Part shown: positions 13,340 through 24,812 of the stretch, piece by piece
How positions within the stretch are numbered: position 1 is the stretch's first letter
Layout: the number at the start of each line of letters is the position of its first letter
From: Malacoraja senta
Lineage: Eukaryota
Assembly (NCBI GenBank): GCA_038087875.1
Contig: CM075994.1
Location: 496,001-560,000, forward strand
Length of the DNA: 64,000 nt
Reading direction: 5' to 3'
Program-made: the position numbers and the translations under genes
The notes under the pieces: model-generated
What the model was told of the DNA's origin: nothing
Databases searched by the model: none
The model's input: only the letters and a program-made list of their open reading frames with translations

Positions 13340-15237
13340 ATACATAGATACATAGAAAATAGGTGCAGGAGTAGGCCATTCGGCCCTTCGAGCCTGCACC
13401 GCCATTCAATACGATCATGGCTGATCATCCAACTCAGTATCCCGTACCTGCCTTCTCTCCATACCCCCTGATCCCTTTAGCCACAAGGGCCACATCTAAT
13501 TCCCTCTTAAATATAGCCAATGAACTGGCCTCAACTACCCTCTGTGGCTGAGAGTTCCCAGAGATTCACCACTCTCTGTGTGAAAAAGTTTTTCCTCATC
13601 TCGGTCTTAAAGGATTTCCCCCTTATCCTTAAGCTGTGACCCCTTGTCCTGGACTTCCCCAACATCGGGAACAATCTTCCTGCATCTAGCCTGTCCAACC
13701 CCATAAGAATTTTGTACGTTTCTATAAGATCCCCTCTCAATCTCCTAAATTCTAGCGAGTATAAGCCAAGTCTATCCAGTCTTTCTTCATATGAAAGTCC
13801 TGACATCCCAGGAATCAGTCTGGTGAACCTTCTCTGCACTCCCTCTATGGCTATAATGTCCTTCCTCAGATTTGGAGACCAAAACTGTACGCAATACTCC
13901 AGGTGTGGTCTCACCAAGACCCTGTACAACTGCAGTAGAACCTCGCTGCTCCTATACTCAAATCCTCTTGCTATGAAGGCCAACATACCATTCGCTTTCT
14001 TCACTGCCTGCTGCACCTGCATGCCTACTTTCAATGACTGGTGTACCATGACACCCAGGTCTCGCTGCATCTCCCCATTTCCTAATCGGCCACCATTTAG
14101 ATAATAGTCTGCCTTCCCGTTTTTGCTACCAAAGTGGATACCTCACATTATCCACATTATACTGCATCTGCCAAACATTTGCCACTCACCCAGCCTATCC
14201 AAGTCACCTTGCAGTCTCCTAGCATCCTCCTCACAGCTAACACTGCCCCCCAGCTTAGTGTCATCCGCAAACTTGGAGATGTTGCTTTCAATTCCCTCGT
14301 CCAGATCATTAATATAAATTGTAAATAGCTGGGGTCCCAGCACTGAGCCTTGCGGTACCCCACTAGTCACTGCCTGCCATTGTGAAAAGGACCCGTTTAC
14401 TCCTACTCTTTGCTTCCTGTTTGCCAGCCAGTTCTCTATCCACATCAATACTGATCCCCCAATACCGTGTGATTTAAGTTTGTATCCTAATCTCTATGTG
14501 GTACCTTGTCGAAAGCCTTCTGAAAGTCCAGATACAACACATCCACTGGTTCTCCCCTATCCACTCTACTAGTTACATCCTCGAAAAATTCTATAAGATT
14601 CGTCAGACACGATTTACCTTTCGTAAATCCATGCTGACTTTGTCCAATGATTTCACCACTTTCCAAATGTGCTGCTATCCCATCTTTAATAACTGACTCT
14701 AGCAGTTTCCCCACTACCGATGTTAGACTAACTGGTCTGTAATTCCCCATTTTCTCTCTCCCTCCTTCTTAAAAAGTGGGGTTACGTTTGCTACCCTCCA
14801 ATCCTCAGGAACTACTCCAGAATCTAAAGAGTTTTGAAAAATTATCACTAATGCATCCACTATTTCTGGAGCTACTTCCTTAAGTACTCTGGGATGCAGC
14901 CTGTCTGGCCCTGGTGATTTATCGGCCTTTAATCCATTCAATTTACCCAACACCACTTCCCGACTAACCTGGATTTCACTCAGTTCCTCCATCTCCTTTG
15001 ACCCGCGGCCCCCTGCTATTTCCGGCAGATTATTTATGTCTTCCTTAGTGAAGACGGAACCAAAGTAGTTATTCAATTGGTCTGCCATATCCTTGTTCCC
15101 CATGATCAATTCACCTGTTTCTGACTGCAAGGACCTACATTTGATTTAACTAATCTCTTTCTCTTCACATATCTATAAAAACTTTTGCAGTCAGTTTTTA
15201 TGTTCCCTGCCAGTTTCCTTTCATAATCTATTTTCCC
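13340..15237 (-). mobile_element. Young 5'-truncated CR1 LINE (RT domain + 3'UTR) inserted in a SINE; absent from duplicate copy A
   Basis: RT motifs [23 protein letters not shown] and FADD; (CTATGTAT)n tail; TAAG duplicated at 13336-13339 and 15238-15241; empty site at ~3917. Confidence 0.92.
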
Positions 15238-15612
15238 TAAGGTAGCAGCTCTACCTGTCACAGCAAGAGACGCATAGCAAGGAAACCCGTGATGATAGAC
15301 ACAAAATGGCTGAAGTAACTCAGCGGGACAGGAATGTGTGATGTTTCGTTTGAGACTCCTCTTCACACTGAGAGTCAGGGGAGAGGGAGACACAGGGATA
15401 AGGAAGGGTAAGGTGTGAAAAGGAGACATCAAAGTAGGTGGATCAAGGAAAATGTTCAAGAGATCATTGTTAGCTGGGAGAAGGTGACAACAAAGCAGAT
15501 AAAATGTAATCTGGGGGACAGTCAGACTGGTCGGAGAACTGGGAAGGGGGAGGGATGGAGGGGGAGGGAAAGCAAGGGTTACTTGATGTTAGCGAAGTTC
15601 ATATTCATAATG

Positions 15613-15851
15613 TTGTATTAAAGAAGGAACTGCAGATGCTGGAAAATCGAAGGTACACAAAAATGCTGGAGAAACTCAGCGGGTGCAGCAGCATCTATGG
15701 AGCGAAGGAAATAGGTAACGTTTCGGGCCGAAACCCTTCTTCAGAACCCTTCTTGAGTCTGAAGAAGGGTTTCGGCCCGAAACGTTACCTATTTCCTTCG
15801 CTCCATAGATGCTGCTGCACCCGCTGAGTTTCTCCAGCATTTTTGTGTACC
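15613..15851. mobile_element. Penelope-derived inverted-repeat insertion carrying hammerhead motifs; 15-bp TSD
   Basis: Two ~90-bp inverted arms; TSD TTCATATTCATAATG at 15598-15612 and 15852-15866; empty site at ~4280. Confidence 0.85.
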
Positions 15852-16842
15852 TTCATATTCATAATGGTGGGGTGTAAGCTGCCAAGCAAAATATGAGTGA
15901 AAAACCTCTGGTGCAGTTCAGTTTAGTATATTGTCACATGTATCGAGGTACAGTGAAAAGCTTTATCGGTCTTGCTGACCAAGGTGCCCCAACTGAGCAC
16001 TTTACTTTCTCAGCATCTTCCTGGCAGATTTAATGCATTCATTCTGTTTATTCCAGCCCGACCATCTATATTAATACCCTTTCATTTTAACCATAATTCT
16101 ACCCTGTGCATTGTGCATGGTTCTACCTCTTCTTTACAAACTATCTTTACAAACAATCATGCTTCGTTCTTCATCTTATATCATTTTATTAGGCATTCCA
16201 TTTAAACAACTTTTAAAACATGGCCCCTGTACAGGAACGATATTCAAACTAATACACATCAGAAACGCTTCAAAATAAGTTCATATATTTTAAGACATTC
16301 CACTGTTTCTTTAAGCTGTCTATTTGAACATTCTTTAATCGGATTTTTATCAGATTCCAATGTTATATGAATGCTTTATTGTAACATGTGACAAGTCACA
16401 GTGAAATTCTTTGCTTGCATACCCAAGGTATGCGAATAGTCGCCACATTAAGAGCGCTGACAAAGTATCTGCGCCAGGTTCACCTTTGTTCTCCCCCCCG
16501 TCCCTCCTCCCTCATGGCAGTCCCCCCCACGCCGGGTCCACTATGTACAGATTTGTACAAACAATCTTTGTACAAAAGTTACATCCCTTATCTTTTACCT
16601 TGCACTGTGGGTAGCTTGATACATTCCAAGATGGCGCCCAACCCAGGCGACTTTGGCATGCTGGCCACAGAAGCAGCATTCTATAATCACATATTATATG
16701 CACTAAAACTTATTCCATTATCATGTATCCATACTCTGTAATGGCTCGATTGTAATCATGTATTGTCTTTCTGCTGACTGGATACCACACAACAAAGGGT
16801 GTTTACTCTATCATACTTAAGGTGACAGTAATAATGGTTAAT

Positions 16843-17502
16843 GTTAATGCTGGACTTCAGGAGGAGCCGAACACCCCTGTCCCCTGCCTCCATCAATGGT
16901 GTGGATGTGCAGTTTCCGAGGGAGTACAAATACCTTGGATTTCACCTGGACAGTAAACTGGACTGGTCCAGGAACGCTGAGGCCCTGTACAAGAAGGGGC
17001 AGAGCCAGCTGTAGTTTTTGAGAAGGCTCCGCTCCTTCAGCGTCTGCAGTAAGATGCTGCAGATGTTCTACCAATCGGTTGTGGCCAGTGCCATCCTTCT
17101 TCGCTGCCGTGTGCTGGGGCAGCAGGCGAAGGCCACGGACGCCAATAGGATCAACAAACTCATCAGGAAGGCTGGCTCCGTACTGAAAAGTATTCAAGGG
17201 AGGTTGGTCTTGGAGGGGAGGATGCTCCTCAAACTGCGGAGCATCCTGAACAATGCAGCTCACCCCCTCCATGACACACTGGTCAACCTGAGGAGCACCT
17301 TCAGCAACAGACTGGTTCCACCAAGATGCAGCATACAACGCCACAGGAGATCCTTCTTCCCCCTGGCTATCAAACTGTACAACTCCTCCCCCTTCTGTCC
17401 TGGGGTAGACTGACTCCCCTTTTATTTCTCTGTTTTTACGTCTGTTGGCAGATCAATTCCCCTTCTGGAATAAATAAATTTGTATCGTATTGTAACGTAA
17501 TA
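16843..17502 (+). mobile_element. Rex1/Babar-like LINE 3' fragment (duplicate of 5266-5925)
   Basis: Same motifs as 5266-5925. Confidence 0.75.
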
Positions 17503-18035
17503 GACTAAACTAAACTTTCATCGGGGCACTGCAGACACAAGGATCTTGTCACCAGCCACATCGGCTGCAGCTAATTGATCAAACCACTTCTGCTTTGGGT
17601 TGCATCACAGTTCACTGGAGAGTGTGTACTGACCAGAGGCCCTTTCTCAGAATTGGAAAGAGGTTCTGATCATTCTAGTTGCCACATCCTCCTCTGCGAA
17701 GGGGAAGTGTTCCTGTCACTAGATCCATTACACCAACGTTTCTCAAACTAAATATGCCATGCTGTTCCTTCAATTTGCGTTTGGCCTCGCTCTGACAATG
17801 GATTTCTCAAATTTCCTGTAACCCCAGCATTCCCTCTCTCTCTATCCCTCCCCCAGCCAAGTCGCACTAGCTTCCTGTTGTCACCGAGCAAACACCAAAC
17901 AATGGCCTGTTTCCTTTATCATTGTGACTTTTTTTGCACGTCTTTCATCCATTTGTTCACTATCTCTACATCATTGTCTATATCTCACATTTCCCCTTCC
18001 CCTGAGTCTGTCTGAAGAAGGACTCGACCCGAAAC

Positions 18036-18068
18036 CAAAGATCCTAGAGCTCCACTCTAGGATCTTTG
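18036..18068. mobile_element. 33-bp palindromic mini-MITE (TIR CAAAGATCCTAGAG), 7-bp TSD
   Basis: CCGAAAC duplicated at 18029-18035 and 18069-18075; perfect 14-bp inverted ends. Confidence 0.8.
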
Positions 18069-18249
18069 CCGAAACGTCACCCATTCCTTCTCTCCAGAGA
18101 TGCTGCTTGTCCCGCTGTTTCTCCAGCATTTTGTGTCTATCTTCGGTTTAAACCAGCGTCTGCAATTTCTTCCTACACTCAACCATATTCCTCGGCTGTT
18201 ATAGCTTACAGAACTAAAGCTGGATATGTTTGATCCGTCTCTAGACCGG

Positions 18250-18780
18250 ACTCTCTCTAACTTCTACAGGTGCACAGTAGAGAGCATGCTGACCGGTTTG
18301 CATCGTGGCTTGGTTCATCAACTTGAGCGCCCTGGAGAGGAAAAGACTACAAAAAGTAGTAAACACTGCCCAGTCCATCATCAGCTCTGACCTCCCTTCC
18401 ATCGAGGGGATCTATCACAGTCGCTGCCTCAAAAAGGCTGGCAGTATCATCAAGGACCCACACCATCCTGGCCACACACTCATCTCCCTACTACCTTCAG
18501 GTAGAAGGTACAGGAGCCTGAAGACTGCAACGACCAGATTCAGGAACAGCTACTTCCCCACAGCCATCAGGCTATTAAACCTGGCTCGAACATAACACTG
18601 AACTTTATTAGCCAATACTGTTATTTGCACTTTATCAGTATATTGATTCATGTGTGTATATATTTATAGAATGCCTTGTAGTCAATGCCTACTATGTTCT
18701 GTTGTGCTGAAGCAAAGCAAGAATTTCATTGTCCTATCAGGGACACATGACAATAAACTCACTTGACTTGACTTGACTTG
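18250..18780 (+). mobile_element. Rex1/Babar-like LINE 3' fragment with (CTTGA)n tail
   Basis: IIKDPHHPGHTLISLLPSGRRYRS..SYFPTAIRLLN; AATAAA followed by CTTGA repeats. Confidence 0.75.
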
Positions 18781-19838
18781 GACACCTTTGTTACACCCCC
18801 CACAGATGTTGCCTGACCAGCCAAGCAGTTGCTGCCCTTTCGAGCTTTGTCCACAGCCTCCTTCGAGAGTTCCTCTGTCATATTCCACTTGGGTAGTCTA
18901 CAACCCAACGGTATGAGCATTGAAGATAGGCACAAAATTCTGGAGTAACTCAACGGGAGAGTCAGCATCTCTGGAGAGAAGGAAAGGGTGCCGTTTCAGG
19001 TCGAGACCATCTTTTACTCAAGGTATTGAATTAGTTTAGTCTAGTTTAAAGATACAGTGCGGAAACAGGCCCTTCAGGTCACCGAGACCGCACTGACCAG
19101 TGATCCCCTCACACGAACACTATCCTACACACACTAGGGACAATTTACAATTTTACTCAAGCTAATTAACCTGCAAACCTGCATGTCTTTGGAGTGTGGG
19201 AGGAAACCGGAGCACCCGGAGGAAACCCACGCGGCCACGGGGAGAACATACAAACTGCACACAGAAGTGTAGGGAGCACCTGTGGTCAGGATCGAACCTG
19301 GGTCTCTGGCGCTATAAGGCAGCAATTCTACCGTTGCACCATGTGAAGAATTGAATTATTTACTGAAGATAGACACAAAAGGCTGCTGTAACTCAGCTGG
19401 TCAGGCAGCATCTCTGGATGCTCATCAGGCAGCGTCCTGACCCGAAACGTCACCTAATCCTTTTCTCCAGAGATGCTGCCTGACCAACTGAGTTACTCCA
19501 GCTTTTTGTGTCTATCTTCGGTCTAAATCAGCATCTGCAGTTCCTTCCCATACATGGAATTCTTCAATTCTCCTTTGTTCTCTCCCTCCCCCTTTACATT
19601 GTACCCCATCTGCACTCACCCATTTCTCCCTTCCCATTTACATTTTGTCCTCTAGCATCACAATTTGAAACTCTCCTATTCTTATCTCAAACCTTTTGTC
19701 TTTTCATCTCTGGACGTTGTCCAACCATCTGCCTACCAAACCCCTCCCGCCTCCCTGACCTGTATCCACCTATCACTCGTTAATATTTGTCCTGCCTCTA
19801 GTCTCTTCCAGCTTTCTTCCCCCACCTCCCCCACCACA

Positions 19839-19874
19839 TAGTCTGAAGAAGGGTCCCGACCCGAAACGTCACTT
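19839..19874 (+). ncRNA. Minimal type I hammerhead ribozyme motif
   Basis: agt-CTGAAGA-A-GGGTC(CC)GACCC-GAAAC-GTC-act; stem I agt/act. Confidence 0.7.
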
Positions 19875-20036
19875 ATCCATGTTCTCCAGAGATGCGGCCT
19901 GGCCTGCTGAGTTACTCCAGCACTTCGCATCTTTTTCTGAAAGGCCTGTGTTGTGACATTTCTCCTTTGTCCATCTTCCCCTGTTGGCGCTGTTAGCTAA
20001 TCCAATTTCCCAACAAAATGCTGCTGTTTCGGCCCT

Positions 20037-20171
20037 TCACCTGCATTTCACTTTCTGTGGAACAGCGTAGACAATGCCTGCGTCCTGATCATCTGTTGTT
20101 GCTGGGCTGTTGGCCTTAGGAAGCTGGAGAAGGCAGTATGTGGTCTCAACCCGTGAATTTAATTCCGGGGC
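20037..20171 (-). CDS. Ig-superfamily receptor gene, exon 5: cytoplasmic tail with tyrosine motifs (APELNSRVETTYCLLQLPKANSPATTDDQDAGIVYAVPQKVKCR*)
   Basis: Strong acceptor cctctctctgttcttcacag|GCC in phase 0. Contains TTYCLL and IVYAVP. TGA at 20039-20037. Confidence 0.82.
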   Translation of the reverse strand, partial: APELNSRVETTYCLLQLPKANSPATTDDQDAGIVYAVPQKVKCR

Positions 20172-20546
20172 CTGTGAAGAACAGAGAGAGGACAATTTAC
20201 TGGATGCAATATTCGAGTTGATGCGAGAAAGTATGTAGCAGGGCAACAAGTGGTTAAAGGAGGAAGACTAAGTTTTCAGATTCTTTGAGAGGAAAGTTGT
20301 AATGTGGAACATGGAAAAGTACAACCCAGGAACAGGCTCTTCAGCCCACAGTGTCTACGCTGAACATGAAGCCAAAATAAACTACTGTAACTTCAACTGC
20401 CTGCACATGGAGTCATAGAGTCATAGTGTGAAAACGGTCCCTTCAGCCTAACTAGCCCATGCCGACCAGCATGCCCCATCTACACTTGTCCCATCTGCCT
20501 CATTTGGCCCCAATCTTTCTAAACCTATCCTATCGAAGTAACTTTG

Positions 20547-20868
20547 GGGCAGCACGGTGGCGCAGCGGTAGAGTTGCTGCCTTACAGCACCAGAGACCCG
20601 AGTTCGATCCTGACTATGGGTGCTGTCTGTACGGAGTTCATACATTCTCCCCGTGACCTGCGTGGGTTTTCTCCGAGATCTTCGGTTTTCTCCCACACTC
20701 CAAAGACTTACAAGTTTCTAGGATAATTGGCTTGTTATTATAGATATAAAATTGGCCCTGGTGTGTGTAGGATAGTATTAATATGTGGGGATTGCTGGTC
20801 GGTGAGGACTCGTTGGACCGAAGGGCCTGTTTCTGCACTGCATCTCTAAACTAAAAACAAAACTAAAC
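20547..20868 (+). mobile_element. HE1-type tRNA-derived SINE (representative; other copies at about 19032-19340(-), 24901-25212, 25403-25690, 28760-29060, 42388-42683(-), 49010-49270, 55793-56090(-), 57670-57878(-))
   Basis: Pol III A box TGGCGCAGCGG and B box GTTCGATCC, conserved core, CR1-like 3' end GAAGGGCCTGTTTC, and (CTAAA)n tail. Confidence 0.8.
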
Positions 20869-23800
20869 TATCCAAATGCTTTTTAAATGCTGTGATAGTA
20901 CCTGAATCATTTACCTTTGGCAGCTCATTCCGTATACCTACCACCCTTTGTGTGAAAGTTGTCCCTCAGTTTCCTATTAAATCTTTCCCCCCTCATCTTT
21001 AACCTGTGTCTGGCTCTTGATATCGCAACTCCGGGTAGAAGACTGTGCATTTATATCTTCATGATCTGATGCACTTCTATAACATCATCTCTCATCCTGC
21101 TGCAATCCAAGGAATAAAGTCCTAGCCTGCTCAACCTCTCCCCATAGCTCAGGCCTATGAGTCCTGGCAACATTCATGTAAATCTTCTCTTTTGGCGAGA
21201 CAGGCAGGATGAGTAAAACAATTGTTATAGTTGAACAACAAACAAAGTTAACCGCCAATGACCGCAGATTCGTGAGACAGGCCTTTTAGGGTACTCAGAA
21301 AACCGCGTGCTGTTGTCAGCCAACTGTATAATAGCTTCTGCTTCCGGGAGGAGCGCTTTCGAGTGAGGAGAAAAAGCCCGTGAACACACACCCGCGGTGA
21401 CGTGATGGCGCTGACCAATAACGATGGTTCGCACTTCCCCAAGCCACCACTAGGTGCCGCTACACTCTACCCATTTCTGCTGATTCATAATCATAATCGT
21501 AATTTATTAGCCAAGTATGTTTTGCAACATACGAGGGATTTGGTTTGCCATACAGTCATACCCAAAAAAGCAACAAGACACACAACTGCATAAAAATTTG
21601 ACATAAACATCCACCACAGCGGCTCCACCACATTCCCCACTGTGATGGAAGGCAATAAAGTCTTATTTTCTTTCCACCTTTTCTCCTGAGTTCGGGGAAG
21701 TCGAATCATTCGCAGTCGGGAATGGTTGTTAAAGTCCGCAAGCCCCCGTGGCTGGAGCTCCCGAGGTCGATCCCTGGCAAGGGGATCGCCAGCTCACGAT
21801 ATTAAGTCCGCCGACTCCCGCGGTTTGAGCTCCGAGGTCCCAGCAAGAGGCCGACAGCTCCAGTGTTTGGCCGCAGCGCGGACGGAGACACGACACGGAA
21901 AAAGTCGCATCTCGTTCAAGGAAAGAGATTTTAAAAAGTCCCCCCCCTCCCCCACATAATACAAAACTAAAGATAAACTAAAACATACATTTTACAACAA
22001 ACTAAAAACACAAAGAGGGACAAAAGACGAGACAGACCATGTGGCGCCCCCTGGTGGGGATCAACCCCAATAACAGGTCGGCCAAAACTGAACACAACAC
22101 TCCAAATGTGTCCTCAGCAATGTCTTGTAATGCTGTAACATAACCTTCCAACTTCAACGTGTAGGAAGGAACTGCAGATGCTGGTTTGAACCAAAGATAG
22201 ACACAAAAAGCTGGAGTAACTCAGCGGGACAGGCAGCATCTCTGGAGAGAAGGAATGAGTGGAAGAAATTTATTCCTGTGAAATATCAGGTGCTGCATCT
22301 CAGTAACTCACAGCTCGACAACTCCCTGAAAATGGCAACACAGGTAGACAAATTAGTAAAGGAGGCGTATGGTACGCTTGCCTTCGTTGCACGAGCCATT
22401 ACATATAAGAGTTGGGTAGTGCAGATTTGCATAATGCAGCTTTATTGGACATTGGTTCATCTGCATTTGGAGTATTGCGTGCAGTTCTGGTCGCCCCCTT
22501 ACAGAAAGAATGTGGAGGCTTTGGAGAGGGCGCAGAAGAGGTTTACCAGAACCAGCCTGAATCAGTGGGTATTGGCTATAAGGAGTGTGTCATCCGTCTG
22601 AAGAAGAGTCTCGACCCGAAACATCACCCATTCCTTCTCTCCAGAGATGCTGCCTGTCCCGCTGAGTTACTCCAGCTTTTTGTGTCTATCTTCCAACTTC
22701 TATACTCAGTACTCTGACTGATGAAGGCCAATCAGACTGTCCCAGAGCCGCTGTCGGAAAAAAGCTCAGAGAATTGCTAAGGATAAACTGCACCCCCTCC
22801 ACATACACCTGGATCTCCTGCCATCAGGCAAAACATCTTCCTGCCATATGCTGTGAGGCTGCTAAACAGCCACTCTGTACTCACAGTCACCTGATTCTGC
22901 GGCTTGGCACGGACACTTTAATAACTGGCACTGGCCACTCAAATCAGCTGCCCCGGACATGTTTATGATTAGTTTTACTGTATTTTAATGTTGTTTTTAC
23001 CTACTTTTAACTATTTATACTGTTCCATCAGGGACTGGATTGTTTTTAGTGTTATTATGTGTGAAATGTTTTAAATTTCATGTGCGATGCTCCGGTATTC
23101 CCTGGGAAACGTCTTTTCATTTTGCAATGTACAACTGTTGCTTGCAAGATGACAATAAAGGTTGATTTGATTTGATTTGATGTGCCAAAAGCCTTGTTGA
23201 TCACCTTATTGAGCTGTGAAGCCTCTTTCAAAGAACTTTGTACCTGCACTCCTAGATCCCTCTGCTCTAAAACAGGACAGACCACTCCCCATCCCATGAA
23301 GCACCTCTGTTCCTTTATCCACCCTATCATTCATACATACTCTTCTTTCCCACAACTTTACGCCCCCCCCCCTACTCATAATTCATAAATCATAGCAGAA
23401 TTAGATCATTCAGCCCATCACGTCTACTCCGCTGTTCAATCATGGTTGATCTATTTTACCCTCTCTACCCCATTCTCCTGACTTCTCCCCATAACCCGTG
23501 ACACCCACTCTATCTATCTCTGCCTTAAAAATATCTACTGACTTACCTCCACAGCCTTCTGTGGCAATGAATTCCACAGATTCATCACCCTCTGACTAAA
23601 GAACTTCCTCCTCATCTCCTTCCTCAAGGAAAGTCATTTTATTCAGAGGCTGTGACCTCCGGTCCTAGACTCTCGCATGAGTGGAAACATCCTCTCCACA
23701 TCCACTCTATCCAGGCCTTTCCCTATTTTGGTAAGTTTCAATGAGGTCCCCCCTCGTCCATGATCCTTGACACACTTACTAATCACGTATCTGTCGATCG

Positions 23801-24732
23801 CTTCTTTAAAAATACCCAATGACTTGGCCTCCACATCGTCTGTGGCAATGAGATCCACAGATTCACCGCCCTGACTAAATGAATTAAGCAGTTTCTTCCT
23901 CAACCATCTCATCTTCCCATCACCCACACTCTCCTCCCATCAGGTTCTCCACCGCCCCTCTCCTCATTGCCATCTTCCCACTCAACTTCTCTCCTTTGGT
24001 GAGAGGAATGGGTGATGATTTGGGACGAGACCCTTCTTCAGACCCCCATTCCTTCTATCCAGAGATGCTGCCTGTCCCGCTGAGTTACTCCAGCGTTTTG
24101 TGTCTATCTTCGGTTTAAACCAGCATCTGCAGTTCCTTCCGGCATATTTCTCTTCTTTGGTCCCAGACACCACCACCCCTTCCCATCTGATCCCATCATC
24201 TGCAACCCCTGGTCACCTCCATCATTCACATCCCAGCCACCGTTGCTATCACCATCCCTCTTTAACCCAGTTTAACTACATCCAGCAAACCATCCCCTTC
24301 TCAACCTGGATTCACTGACCAGGTGCCACCTCTTTCCTCCCCCCCACTCCCTCCTGGTTTTCCCCTCCCCACCCTGTTAGTTCAGTGGGAAGGTCCCAAC
24401 CCGAAATGTCAGCTGTCCATTTCCTTCTCCTGATACTGCCTGACATGCTGAGTTCCTGCAGCTTCGGCACCAAATGCTGGAGCAACTCAGCGGGTCAGGC
24501 AGCATCTCTGGAGAAAAGGAAGAGGTGACTATGTTACGGGTCGAGACCCTTCTTCAGACCCTCCAGCAGTTGACCTTTTGCTCAAATGTATACAACCAGA
24601 ATCGCACTCACAACATTTGCCTTCCAGATGCTAACATTTTTGGCCAAGGAAGAGGGGTTATTTGACACAATTGATGAAGCAGATTTTAGTTTGCGAATGA
24701 CTTCTCCTCCCTCTAACCCACTGCCCACTTAC

Positions 24733-24812
24733 CTTGTTCAAGTCTTGCCGTGAAACTCTGTTAAACGCAACAAATCCTTCCGTGGCGTCCGATTTTCTCC
24801 TTCGATAATAAT
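24733..24812 (-). CDS. Ig-superfamily receptor gene, exon 4: juxtamembrane cytoplasmic (DYYRRRKSDATEGFVAFNRVSRQDLNK)
   Basis: Acceptor ttgttttatgtcag| and donor AAG|GTAAGT; 80 nt, phase 1 in and phase 0 out; open frame in non-repetitive sequence. Confidence 0.8.

Larger units (their letters stand above)
9782..17905. repeat. Copy B of the duplication; carries extra CR1 and Penelope-derived insertions and lacks ~320 bp present at about 2751-3073
   Basis: Direct comparison with 1-6328. Confidence 0.93.

Noticed and set aside
20547..20625. tRNA genes at SINE heads
   Set aside because: The A/B boxes continue into the SINE core and tail; these are tRNA-derived SINEs, not tRNAs.
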